Positions 47,001 through 54,861 of a DNA stretch of 64,000 nt are shown here, piece by piece. Each line of letters starts with the position of its first letter. Within the stretch, counting starts at the first letter, position 1. A program made the position numbers and the translations under genes. This DNA comes from Candidatus Tectimicrobiota bacterium. GTDB taxonomy: Bacteria > JACPUC01. The notes below the pieces were generated by a model that saw only the letters and a list, made by a program, of their open reading frames with translations, was not told the origin of the DNA and ran no database searches. The stretch covers positions 68,720 to 132,719 of the forward strand of contig JACPUC010000007.1 of assembly GCA_016192455.1 (NCBI GenBank), in the 5' to 3' direction.

Positions 47001-49450
47001 ACTTCCGGAACCTCTACGACGCCGAGGGGAGGTTCATCTGCTCGAACACCGTGCTGCGCGACATCACGGAGCGCAAACGGGCCGAGGCGGCGCTGCGCCA
47101 GGCGCATGAGCAGCTCGAAAAGGCGGAAGCGCGCTACCGGGACCTCTACGACCACGCCCCGGACATGTACCTCTCGCTTGACCGCCGCGGCGTCATCGAG
47201 GCCGCCAACACGACGCTCGCCGAGACCCTCGGGTACAGCCGCGAGGAGATCCTCGGCAGCAAGCTCCTCACCTACCTCCAGCCTGAGCATCGTGACGCCG
47301 CCTTGCGCTACTTCCGCAGGCTTCTCGATGGAACCGGAGCTCTGGAGACGGAGTCGCTGCTCCTGCGCCGCGACGGCTCGTGCGTCCCGGTCGAGGTCAG
47401 GGTGCGGCTGGTGCTCGGTGAGGCCGGCAAGGCCGCGCGCATCGACATGATGATCCGCGATGTCACCAAGCGCAAAGAGGCCGAGGAGGCCTTGCAGACG
47501 GCCCTGCGCGAGCTGACGAAGGCGGAGGCGAGCTACCGGGACCTCTACGACCACGCCCCGGACATGCTGCACTCCCTCGATGACCAGGGACGCATCGTCA
47601 ACTGCAACCAGACCTTCTGCGGCGCCGTCGGCTACGCGAAAGAGGAGTTGATCGGCCGCTCCTACCTCGACTTCCTGCCCCCCGGGCAGCGCGAGCTGTC
47701 GTTCAATACCTTTCAGTACAATATCACCCACGGCATTGTCGGCAGTGACCCCGAGAGGCTGTTGGAACGCACCTTCCTGCGCCGCGACGGCTCCACCTTC
47801 GAAGTGGAGCTGCGCTTCCGGAACGACTTTGATGGGCATGGGAAGTTCCTGCGCTCCGATACGATCCTGCGCGACATCAGCACGCGCAAGGAGGCGGAGC
47901 GCGACCGCCAGCGCCTGGCGACCGCCATCGAGTGCGCCGCCGAGAGTGTGACCATCACGGATCCCGCCGGCATCATCTTCTACGTCAACCCCGAGTTCGA
48001 GCGCACCACCGGCTACAGCCGCCAGGAGGCCATCGGCCAGCACTCCCGCATCCTCAAGAGCTTCAACCATGACCGCAGCTTCTACGAGAACCTGTGGCAG
48101 ACCATCACGCGGGGGAACGTCTGGGCCGGTCGCTTCATCAACCGACGGAAAGACGGCGCGATCTACTTCGACCAGGCGACGATCTCGCCGGTCTTCGCCT
48201 CGGACGGCACGATCACGAATTTCGTCAAGGTGGCGCGCGACGTCACCCGCGAGGTGGAGCTGCAGGCGCAGCTTCGCCATGCCGATAAGCTTGCCAGCAT
48301 CGGCACCTTGGCGGCGGGCGCGGCCCACGAGATTCTCAATCCCTCCAACATCATCAGCATGTTCGCGCAACTCCTGCAGAAGAAGCGCGCCGACGATGAC
48401 GAGGTGGCCTCCACGGCGGAGACCATCATCAAGCAGGTGAAGCGCATCGAGAACATCTGCGACTCCTTGCGGCGCTTCTCGCGCTCGGGGACCGGCGAGC
48501 GCGCCACGTTCGACCTCAACGAGCTCATCGAGGAGACGCTGCAGCTTTTGGGCCCCGACCTGCGGCAACAGGAAGTCGCCGTCGTCCGCCAGCTTGATCC
48601 CGAGTTGCCGAAGCTGACGGCCAACCGCGACGAGATCGCCCAGGTGCTCCTCAACCTCTGCACCAATGCCATGGACGCCATGCCCGCGGCCGGGACGTTG
48701 ACCCTGCGCACCGAGTCCTTGAGGGGGGAAGACCGATCCTTGCTGCGCCTGGCGGTGGAAGATACGGGCCACGGCATGTCGGAAGAAGTGCTGAAGCGCA
48801 TCTTTGATCCCTTCTTCACGACAAAGCCGCAAGACTACGGCACCGGCTTGGGACTTTCGATCACCTACGGCATCATCGAAGCGCACCGCGGCACCATTCA
48901 AGTGGTCAGCAAGCCGGAAAAGGGAACGGTCTTCACCATCGAAATCCCCACCGGCGAGGAATCGCGGGAACTTTCGCCGCAGCCGCATTTCGCCGATACC
49001 CTGCGCGAGTTCCAGAACCTGAAGACGGACGCCGCGCAGCTCTACCAGCAGCGCCTGCAGCAGAGCGATGCCCAGCGACCCTTCCAGCTATGCTGGCGCG
49101 CCCTGCACCGCTGCGCCTCGACGCAGCTCCTCATGCTGCAGCGCCTGGAGCGCTGGGCGAAGCTCGCCTCCTTCAGTCTGCCGGCGGATGAGCTGGAGAA
49201 CCTCTCGCCCCAGCTCGGCGAGATGGTGGCGCGGGCGCGGGCGGCCCAGGAGGACATGAGGAGCGCCTCGGGGCAGGACGTGGCCCTGCTGCGGCTTGCC
49301 TACGAGCTGGAGGTGCAAACGAACGAGATGTGCAGCGCGGTGGCCAATCTCTTCCGCCACCGCATGCCGGAGTTTCATGCCCACGTGGCGCGGGCCTTGT
49401 GCAGCCAACTGGAGCTGCTGGCGGAGATGCTGCCACGCTACCTCGACTGA
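44036..49450 (+). CDS. giant multi-PAS/GAF sensor histidine kinase (about 9 PAS, 2 GAF, HisKA-HATPase, C-terminal helical extension)
   Basis: GTG start. Repeated PAS cores, GAF segments, H-box AAGAAHEILNP, HATPase NLCTNAMDAM...DTGHGM...GTGLGLS, plus ~170 aa after the ATPase domain. Confidence 0.85.
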   Translation: MEESSAPAQRASQGPPACEGDGAPAGGGRDHLAQLIEAAGDVIVTVNPDLRITFWNRAAGALYGRDAGSMLGQSVLTLWGKRTREARDLHARVLAGETLHDLTLTWRKQDGTRSTLLFSLSPIRDAAGAIVGILGVGRDITRQQLIERALRRHNQQLLALQRIGAAVSATLSPQKLFQLIVEHALEILDGKFSLLRLLTPNGKFLALVAGIGSMARLVRHVPAQGSFAEETFQSRRGLCLSSGEAQRRARPPYQRILEQWPHHVLVAPLLLGEEALGSIYVGRGVEQPPFDDTDLALLELLSTQAAIAIRNAREHAQLEQTETRYRELYDKAPDLYHTVDAQGIILSCNETYANALGYAKEELIGASYFDLLLPEERDEARRGVAKTFEGGTASTSERTFVRKDGSLLPLEINVRLMPDAAGGMSYSYTLLRDISERKRVEIEARLLQNLTQAIAACDGFEEALAVSLRGICEVTGWSYGDAWVPRADQSVLERSPANFVSAPRFERFREESLGMTFPPGKGVPGRVWASRQAEIVESNRDLSDAENPRLPLARELGLAAAVGIPIIAENDVLAVLMFAMREFQPEDRRKIDLVCAVATQLSALVLRKWAESALRESEERSRQIFDTALDAIVTTDERAIIESMNPAAERIFGYAAAEALGKNVISLLLGEAQQATEVAALNEYLRGGKPPILGKVRLVEGKRRNGETFPMELAITEMRVNGERKFVGIGRDVSERNAAEEALQAALAELAAAEARYRDLYDLSPDLYHSLDAEGVILNCNETYARTLGYRKEELIGRCFFDFLPPAEERPGAWEAFRQNVARRRPGAEEMGRLERTLLRRDGSPLATEVSYRNFYDAEGRFAHSNTVLRDITERTRAEAALRQAHAQLAEAEARYRDLYDHAPDMYHSLDANGMILTCNETYARTLGYTKAELIGRCFFDLVSAEERQEASQLFHRNSSLQLRDQEATGRDERMLIRRDGSRLASEINFRNLYDAEGRFICSNTVLRDITERKRAEAALRQAHEQLEKAEARYRDLYDHAPDMYLSLDRRGVIEAANTTLAETLGYSREEILGSKLLTYLQPEHRDAALRYFRRLLDGTGALETESLLLRRDGSCVPVEVRVRLVLGEAGKAARIDMMIRDVTKRKEAEEALQTALRELTKAEASYRDLYDHAPDMLHSLDDQGRIVNCNQTFCGAVGYAKEELIGRSYLDFLPPGQRELSFNTFQYNITHGIVGSDPERLLERTFLRRDGSTFEVELRFRNDFDGHGKFLRSDTILRDISTRKEAERDRQRLATAIECAAESVTITDPAGIIFYVNPEFERTTGYSRQEAIGQHSRILKSFNHDRSFYENLWQTITRGNVWAGRFINRRKDGAIYFDQATISPVFASDGTITNFVKVARDVTREVELQAQLRHADKLASIGTLAAGAAHEILNPSNIISMFAQLLQKKRADDDEVASTAETIIKQVKRIENICDSLRRFSRSGTGERATFDLNELIEETLQLLGPDLRQQEVAVVRQLDPELPKLTANRDEIAQVLLNLCTNAMDAMPAAGTLTLRTESLRGEDRSLLRLAVEDTGHGMSEEVLKRIFDPFFTTKPQDYGTGLGLSITYGIIEAHRGTIQVVSKPEKGTVFTIEIPTGEESRELSPQPHFADTLREFQNLKTDAAQLYQQRLQQSDAQRPFQLCWRALHRCASTQLLMLQRLERWAKLASFSLPADELENLSPQLGEMVARARAAQEDMRSASGQDVALLRLAYELEVQTNEMCSAVANLFRHRMPEFHAHVARALCSQLELLAEMLPRYLD
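46295..47930 (+). repeat. four tandem in-frame PAS-module repeats (417/414/399-bp periods) inside the kinase gene
   Basis: The 30-mer GCGGAGGCCCGCTACCGCGATCTCTACGATC occurs at 46291-46320 and 46710-46739. Units 1-2 are ~85% identical at DNA level over >150 bp. Units 3-4 share TACCGGGACCTCTACGACCACGCCCCGGACATG. Confidence 0.7.
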
Positions 49451-49564
49451 TAGGCCTGCGCCGCGGCAAGCAGGTAGACCCCGCCTCGATCCAGGTTGAT
49501 CCCGCGCTCGCGCCGCGGCCGTTGGCAGCCGCCGCGGCCTCGCCACGGAGGGCGAGCTGAGACC

Positions 49565-49924
49565 ATGACGAACCGAATCCTTGTCGTTGATGACGAAGAG
49601 ATGGTCTGCGAGGTACTCAAGCAGTTCCTCATCGCGCGCGGCTTCGAGGTCGAGTGCGGCTTCACCGGCCCCGCGGCGCTGGCGAAAGTCGAGGCCGAAC
49701 CGCCCGACCTGGTGTTGCTCGATATCCGTATGCCGGGAATGAGTGGCGAGCAGGTGTTGGCGAAAATCAAGGCCACGCACCCCGGCATCGCCGTGATCAT
49801 GGTGACGGCGCTGCGCGACGTTGAGGTGAGCATGCGCTGCATGCAGCTCGGCGCCATCGAGTGCTTGTCCAAGCCCCTCGATCTGGAGAATCTCGAACGC
49901 TGCATCCGCTCCAGCCTGCGCTGA
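49565..49924 (+). CDS. stand-alone response-regulator receiver protein
   Basis: MTNRILVVDDEE, Asp in LVLLDIRMPG, SKP lysine. Confidence 0.8.
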   Translation: MTNRILVVDDEEMVCEVLKQFLIARGFEVECGFTGPAALAKVEAEPPDLVLLDIRMPGMSGEQVLAKIKATHPGIAVIMVTALRDVEVSMRCMQLGAIECLSKPLDLENLERCIRSSLR

Positions 49925-50119
49925 GGGGGAAGGAGCAAGCAGAGTTCCAACTCAAGACGCCACGCTGGCCCAGCCGCCGCCGCGGGCGGCGCCTCGCGGC
50001 GCCTGGGCGTGCGTGGCTGCGACGCTCTCCTGCTTTGGGGCGAGGATCGCGCCGCGCGCCTTGAGGCTTGCGGCCTGGCGGGGCGGACAGGAAACCTGAC
50101 GGATCAAAGGGGAGTCGCG

Positions 50120-50482
50120 ATGAGAGAGATCCTGGTCGTCGATGATGAGGTCGACGTCTGTCGGTCACTCCAGAAATACTTGTCGTTAAAGGGCTACGAG
50201 GTAACGTACGCAATGACAGGGGAAGCGGCGCTGGAGATCATCCGTCACCAACCCCCCCTCCTCGTGCTTCTCGATATCTGCCTGCCAGGGATGGGAGGCG
50301 TCGAGCTGCTCGTGCGCCTCAAGGATGCCTGGCCGGACCTCCCCGTGCTCATGGTCACGGCGGTGAATGAGGAGGAGTTGGGCCGGCAGACCTTGAAGCT
50401 TGGCGCGCTCGATTACATCACCAAACCCATTGACCTGAGCTACCTGGAGACCAGCATCCTCGCCAGCATCTTCGCCGACTGA
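50120..50482 (+). CDS. stand-alone response-regulator receiver protein
   Basis: ATG after AAAGGGGAG. MREILVVDDE, Asp in LVLLDICLPG, TKP. Confidence 0.8.
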   Translation: MREILVVDDEVDVCRSLQKYLSLKGYEVTYAMTGEAALEIIRHQPPLLVLLDICLPGMGGVELLVRLKDAWPDLPVLMVTAVNEEELGRQTLKLGALDYITKPIDLSYLETSILASIFAD

Positions 50483-50546
50483 GGGCCTCGCCCCGCCCGC
50501 CGGCCAGGCCCTTGCCGGCCCTGCCCTCCCCAATCGGCTCGCAGCC

Positions 50547-50951
50547 CTACCTCCCTTCCTTCGGCAGCAGTTTCAAGGCCACCGAGTTAATGCAGTAGCG
50601 CAGGTGGGTCGGCGGCGGCCCATCGTCGAAGACGTGGCCAAGGTGGGCCCCGCAACGGCCGCAGAGGACCTCCGTCCGCACCATCCCGAAGCCGCTGTCC
50701 GTCTCGGTCTCGATGCTCTCGGAAACCAGCGGCGACCAGAAGCTCGGCCAACCGCTGCCGGAGTCAAACTTCGACTCCGAGCTGAACAGCTCGTTGCCGC
50801 AGCAGACGCACAGGTAGCGGCCTTTCGTCTTGGTGTCGTAGTAGGCCCCCGTGAAGGCGCGCTCGGTCCCCTTCTGGCGGCAGACCGCATACTGATCGGG
50901 CGTGAGGAGGGCTTTCCACTCGTCATCACTTTTTTGCATCTTCTCTGGCAT
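50547..50951 (-). CDS. msrB: peptide-methionine (R)-S-oxide reductase
   Basis: Two CxxC zinc pairs and the catalytic region [11 protein letters not shown]...RYCINS. Confidence 0.9.
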   Translation of the reverse strand: MPEKMQKSDDEWKALLTPDQYAVCRQKGTERAFTGAYYDTKTKGRYLCVCCGNELFSSESKFDSGSGWPSFWSPLVSESIETETDSGFGMVRTEVLCGRCGAHLGHVFDDGPPPTHLRYCINSVALKLLPKEGR

Positions 50952-51072
50952 GGCGGAGGACTCCCCTGTACGTTCGCACCCGGAGAGACTGGGCGAGGAG
51001 ATGCTCCCCGCGCGGCATCCTTCCGGAGGAATGGTTCACCTCGTTGCTCTGGCGTAGTCCTGCACATGGCGT

Positions 51073-52281
51073 CTACTCGATGACGAGGAGCTCCGGGGTG
51101 GGGTGCGTTGACAGCAGCTCGTAGCCGTCGCTGGTGATGACGACCTGCTCCTCGGCATTCAGCAGCCCATCCGCCGTCTCGATCTTCGGCTCGGGCGTGA
51201 CGATCATCCCGGCCTGCAGCGGCGTATGATCGAACGCATTGAAGTAGGGCGGCTCGGTCTCCAGCCCGATGCCGTGCCCGATGCGTTTCGCCGGATGATC
51301 GGAGTAGTTGCGGAAGTCAAGCCGGCTCAACTCCTGCTGCGAGAAGGCGAAAACCTCCGATGCCGGGACGCCGGGCTTGAGCTGCCGCATGACACGGCCG
51401 AGGATCTCCCACATCGTCGCATGCTCGTAGCGCTGCCGCGCGCTCGGCGGGCCGAAAACGGCGCGGCGCGTGAAGTCCATCTTGTAGCCGAGGTACGATG
51501 GGCCGGTATCGAGATAGAGGACATCCCCTTTCTGGAACGTGCCGTTCGCACCCGTCGCCCCCAGCACCGTCAGGGGGCAGAAGTCCAGGTCCAGACCCTC
51601 CTCGGCGTAGTAGCGGTAGATCTTCTTCTTAAACTCCAGCGCCGAGTCGCCGATGCGCAGCTCGCTCAGAGCCCGCTGCCAGGCCCTGCCGCCCAGCTCG
51701 CAGGCTTTGCGGGCGCACGCGATCTCCCATGCCGACTTGATCATCCGGCAGCCCCAGATGATCCGCCCGGAGTCGACAAAGCGCGCCCTCGGAAGCTCCT
51801 CCCGCAGGCGGAGGAAATCGTTCACGGCGATGCCCAGCCAGGTCTCGCGCCCCAGCTCGAGGGCGATGGCGCTCTGCCGCAGGCCGCGATCCTCCAGCAC
51901 CTCGCGAAGACCCCAATCAACGGTGCTGTCAGTACTGAATGGCAGGTCCGGGTAGAATTTGCGATCCTCCACCCAGGAGGGGAAGGGCTGGTGGTAGCAG
52001 CGAGCAAGGACGTCGGGACCGGCCCAGCAGCGGATGGCCGGCTCGCCCTGGCGCGGCAGCACGAAGAGGAAGGGCCGGCTGCGCAGGCCGCCCGACGGCT
52101 TGTGGCCCGCGAAGTAGGAGTAGCTGGTCGGATCGGTCACCACCAGGGCGTCGACGGCATGCCGCTCCATGAGCTGCCGCGCCCGCTCCACGCGCCACGC
52201 GTACTCCTCCCGAGGCACTCCCGCCATGCGCCCTCCCGTGGCGATCTCGTCCGCTTCCCGCGCGCCCGCGGGGAGACTCAC
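51073..52281 (-). CDS. M24 family Xaa-Pro aminopeptidase/creatinase-like metallopeptidase
   Basis: Pita-bread fold metal ligands (D...D...H...E...E pattern: YLDTGPSYLGYKMDFTRR, HGIGLETHEPP-like GHGIGLETEPP). An alternative start is Met at 52227. Confidence 0.75.
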   Translation of the reverse strand: MSLPAGAREADEIATGGRMAGVPREEYAWRVERARQLMERHAVDALVVTDPTSYSYFAGHKPSGGLRSRPFLFVLPRQGEPAIRCWAGPDVLARCYHQPFPSWVEDRKFYPDLPFSTDSTVDWGLREVLEDRGLRQSAIALELGRETWLGIAVNDFLRLREELPRARFVDSGRIIWGCRMIKSAWEIACARKACELGGRAWQRALSELRIGDSALEFKKKIYRYYAEEGLDLDFCPLTVLGATGANGTFQKGDVLYLDTGPSYLGYKMDFTRRAVFGPPSARQRYEHATMWEILGRVMRQLKPGVPASEVFAFSQQELSRLDFRNYSDHPAKRIGHGIGLETEPPYFNAFDHTPLQAGMIVTPEPKIETADGLLNAEEQVVITSDGYELLSTHPTPELLVIE

Positions 52282-53192
52282 TCTAGCAACGTCAGCCAGT
52301 CCTTGTGCAGCTCATTGCGGCCCTGCACGGCAGCGAAGAAGAGGCGCTGCACGCGCTTCGTCACCGCGCCCGGCGCGCCGTCGCCGATGGGCCGCCGGTC
52401 CAGCTCGATAACCGGCGTGACCTCCGCCCCCGTGCCGCAGAAGAAGACCTCGTCCGCCGTGTACACAAAGTCGCGGCTGAAGCACTCTTCCCGCACCGTG
52501 AAGTCGGCCTCCCGTGCCAGCCGGATGATGGTGTCGCGGGTGATTCCCTCAAGGATGTGCGTCCGCGGCGGCGTGATGATCTCCCCATGCTGGACAAGAA
52601 AGATGTTCTCCACCGATCCCTCGGCCACCTGCCCGTGCGCATCGAGGAGCAGGGCCTCATCGTAGCCGTCGCGGCGCGCTTCGCTGCGCGCCAGTTGAAA
52701 CAGCAGGTAGTTGCCGCACGCCTTCGCCTTCGTCATCGCGGCGTTGATGTGGTGGCGTGTGTAGGACGACGTCTTGACACGGATGCCGTGCTCGAGCGTC
52801 CCCTCGCCACAGTACTCGCCCCAGAACCAGACCGCGATGGCCGCGCTGACACGCGTCTCGCTGGTGTCCAGCGCCATGCCGCCGTACCCGATGTAGACGA
52901 TCGGACGCAGGTAGCACACTGCAAAGCCGTTCGCCCGGATCGTCTCTTTGCACGCCTCCAGCAGCTCCTGCCGCGTGTAGGGAACCTCCATGCCGAGGAT
53001 TTTTGCGGAGTTAAAGAGGCGGGCGACATGCTCCCGGAGACGAAAGACGGCTGGTCCTGCGTCAGTCTCGTAGCAACGGATGCCCTCGAACACCCCATAG
53101 CCGTACTGGAAGGTGTTGCTGATGAGGTGCACGGTGGCGTCAGCCCAGTCGACCAGCCTGCCGTCGATCCAGATTTTCCGCCCCGATTCCAT
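52278..53192 (-). CDS. ilvE: branched-chain amino acid aminotransferase
   Basis: From Met MESGRKIW within ORF 52278..53339. Fold-type IV PLP motifs (EGxxxNxF, LLDAHGQVAEGSVENIF, TPPRTHILEGITR). 304 aa. Confidence 0.85.
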   Translation of the reverse strand: MESGRKIWIDGRLVDWADATVHLISNTFQYGYGVFEGIRCYETDAGPAVFRLREHVARLFNSAKILGMEVPYTRQELLEACKETIRANGFAVCYLRPIVYIGYGGMALDTSETRVSAAIAVWFWGEYCGEGTLEHGIRVKTSSYTRHHINAAMTKAKACGNYLLFQLARSEARRDGYDEALLLDAHGQVAEGSVENIFLVQHGEIITPPRTHILEGITRDTIIRLAREADFTVREECFSRDFVYTADEVFFCGTGAEVTPVIELDRRPIGDGAPGAVTKRVQRLFFAAVQGRNELHKDWLTLLE

Positions 53193-53274
53193 CGCTCCAC
53201 CCTCCGGCTGGGAACGAGCTCCATGCAAGGCGCCCCAGGCTCGATGCCGCGGTGTTGAGCCCGCGGCGCTGCGC

Positions 53275-54837
53275 TCACCAGCCGCACGCCGCGGCGTCGC
53301 GCCGCCGATCGGCGGCGCCGAGGAGCGCCACCCCATCATCGACCACCGCCATGAGCGAGCCGAAGGGCTGCGACCCCGCGGGCGCCACGAGCGGTCCGTG
53401 AGCGTGCCGGTGCAGTTCGCTGAGCACCGCCCCCTCCATCATATCCTCGAGGACGAACCGGCCGTCGAGGGTGACCGACCAGCGCGGCGCGGCAATGGCC
53501 TCGCCCGCATCCTGCCCGCAGGCCAGGACGCGAGTAAGGAACTGCGCCAACGTTGCGGTCTGGCCTGGTCCGCCAGGTGTGCCGCAGGCGATGCACGGCA
53601 CGCCGTCGCGCAGCACCATCACCGGCGTCAGCGTGTGCGCCGGCCGACGCCGCGGCGCCACGCAGTTGGGGTGGCCCAGGTCCAAATGAAAGCCGAGCAT
53701 GCGGTTGTTCAGCACCACCCCGGCGCCGCGCGGCGCCACGCAGCTCCCGAAGAAATGGAAGACGCTCTGGATGAGCGACACGGCGTTGCCGAACTGGTCC
53801 ATGACCACCACGTTCGAGGTATCGGAGCCCCCGGAGCCGGCCGGCGCCCGACCCTGCCGCGGCATCCCATCGCCTCGTCGCCCCTGCACCCGCAAGGCCG
53901 CGATCTTCTTCTCCAGGAGGGCGCGCGCCTCGTTTTCGACGGCCGCGGGATCGGCAATGACGCCCAGGGCCTCGAGGTAGGCGTGGACCCGCGCCTGCAT
54001 GCCGCGCCGCAGCATCTCAACGCTCCCCGCCTCATACCCGGCGATGCCATCGGCTTCGAGCTCCGCGAGCTGCAAGAGGAGCGTCACCCCGTACGAGTTC
54101 GGGGGCATGGTTGCCACGGTGCAGCCGTAGAAATCAACCTTCAGCGGCTCCTGCCAGAGGCAGGAGTGCTCGGCGAGGTCCTCCAGGGACAGGAGACCAC
54201 CCTGCTCCCGGCTGGCGGCGACGAGCCGCTCGGCAATCGCACCGCGGTAGAACGCAGCGCTCCCCTCCGAGCCGAGGAGCTGCAGGGTGGCGGCGAGGTC
54301 TCGCTGCGGCAGGACCTCGCCGGCTTGCGGGGGTCGCCCCTGCGGCAGAAAGGTTGCCTTGGCGCCTAGGTCCTGCTCCAGGTGCGCCGCCACGAGCCCG
54401 ACGTTGCGCGCCAGGTTGGGGTAGACCGGGAACCCCTCGGCGGCGTAGCTGATGGCCGGCTGCAGGAGGTCCGCCAGGCCGCGCGTGCCGAAGCGCTCGA
54501 GCGCGGCTTCCCAGGCAGCGACCATTCCCGGCACACTGACGGCCCGGATGCCCGTGGTCGGGATGCCCGCCGCAAAGGCGTGTCGATCCGCTGCCGCCGG
54601 CGATCGGCCGCTGCCGTTCAGGCCGTGCAGCGTCTTCGCGGCGGCATCATAGATGAGCATGAAGAGATCGCCGCCCAGCCCGCAGGCGTCAGGGCAGACA
54701 ACCGCCAGGACGGCTCCGGCCGCCACCGCCGCATCGACCGCGTTGCCACCCTGGCGGAGGATGCTCGCCGCCTCGAAGCTCGCCAGGTGGTGGCCCGACA
54801 CCACCATCCCGGATCGCCCCCGCACCACCTGGACCAT
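53275..54837 (-). CDS. ggt: gamma-glutamyltransferase
   Basis: Ntn-hydrolase autoprocessing site ...GSGGSDTSNVVVMDQFGNAVS (catalytic Thr). GGT length and conserved GG pairs. Confidence 0.85.
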   Translation of the reverse strand: MVQVVRGRSGMVVSGHHLASFEAASILRQGGNAVDAAVAAGAVLAVVCPDACGLGGDLFMLIYDAAAKTLHGLNGSGRSPAAADRHAFAAGIPTTGIRAVSVPGMVAAWEAALERFGTRGLADLLQPAISYAAEGFPVYPNLARNVGLVAAHLEQDLGAKATFLPQGRPPQAGEVLPQRDLAATLQLLGSEGSAAFYRGAIAERLVAASREQGGLLSLEDLAEHSCLWQEPLKVDFYGCTVATMPPNSYGVTLLLQLAELEADGIAGYEAGSVEMLRRGMQARVHAYLEALGVIADPAAVENEARALLEKKIAALRVQGRRGDGMPRQGRAPAGSGGSDTSNVVVMDQFGNAVSLIQSVFHFFGSCVAPRGAGVVLNNRMLGFHLDLGHPNCVAPRRRPAHTLTPVMVLRDGVPCIACGTPGGPGQTATLAQFLTRVLACGQDAGEAIAAPRWSVTLDGRFVLEDMMEGAVLSELHRHAHGPLVAPAGSQPFGSLMAVVDDGVALLGAADRRRDAAACGW

Positions 54838-54861
54838 CGCCGCCTTGCCTCCCGCGCGGGA

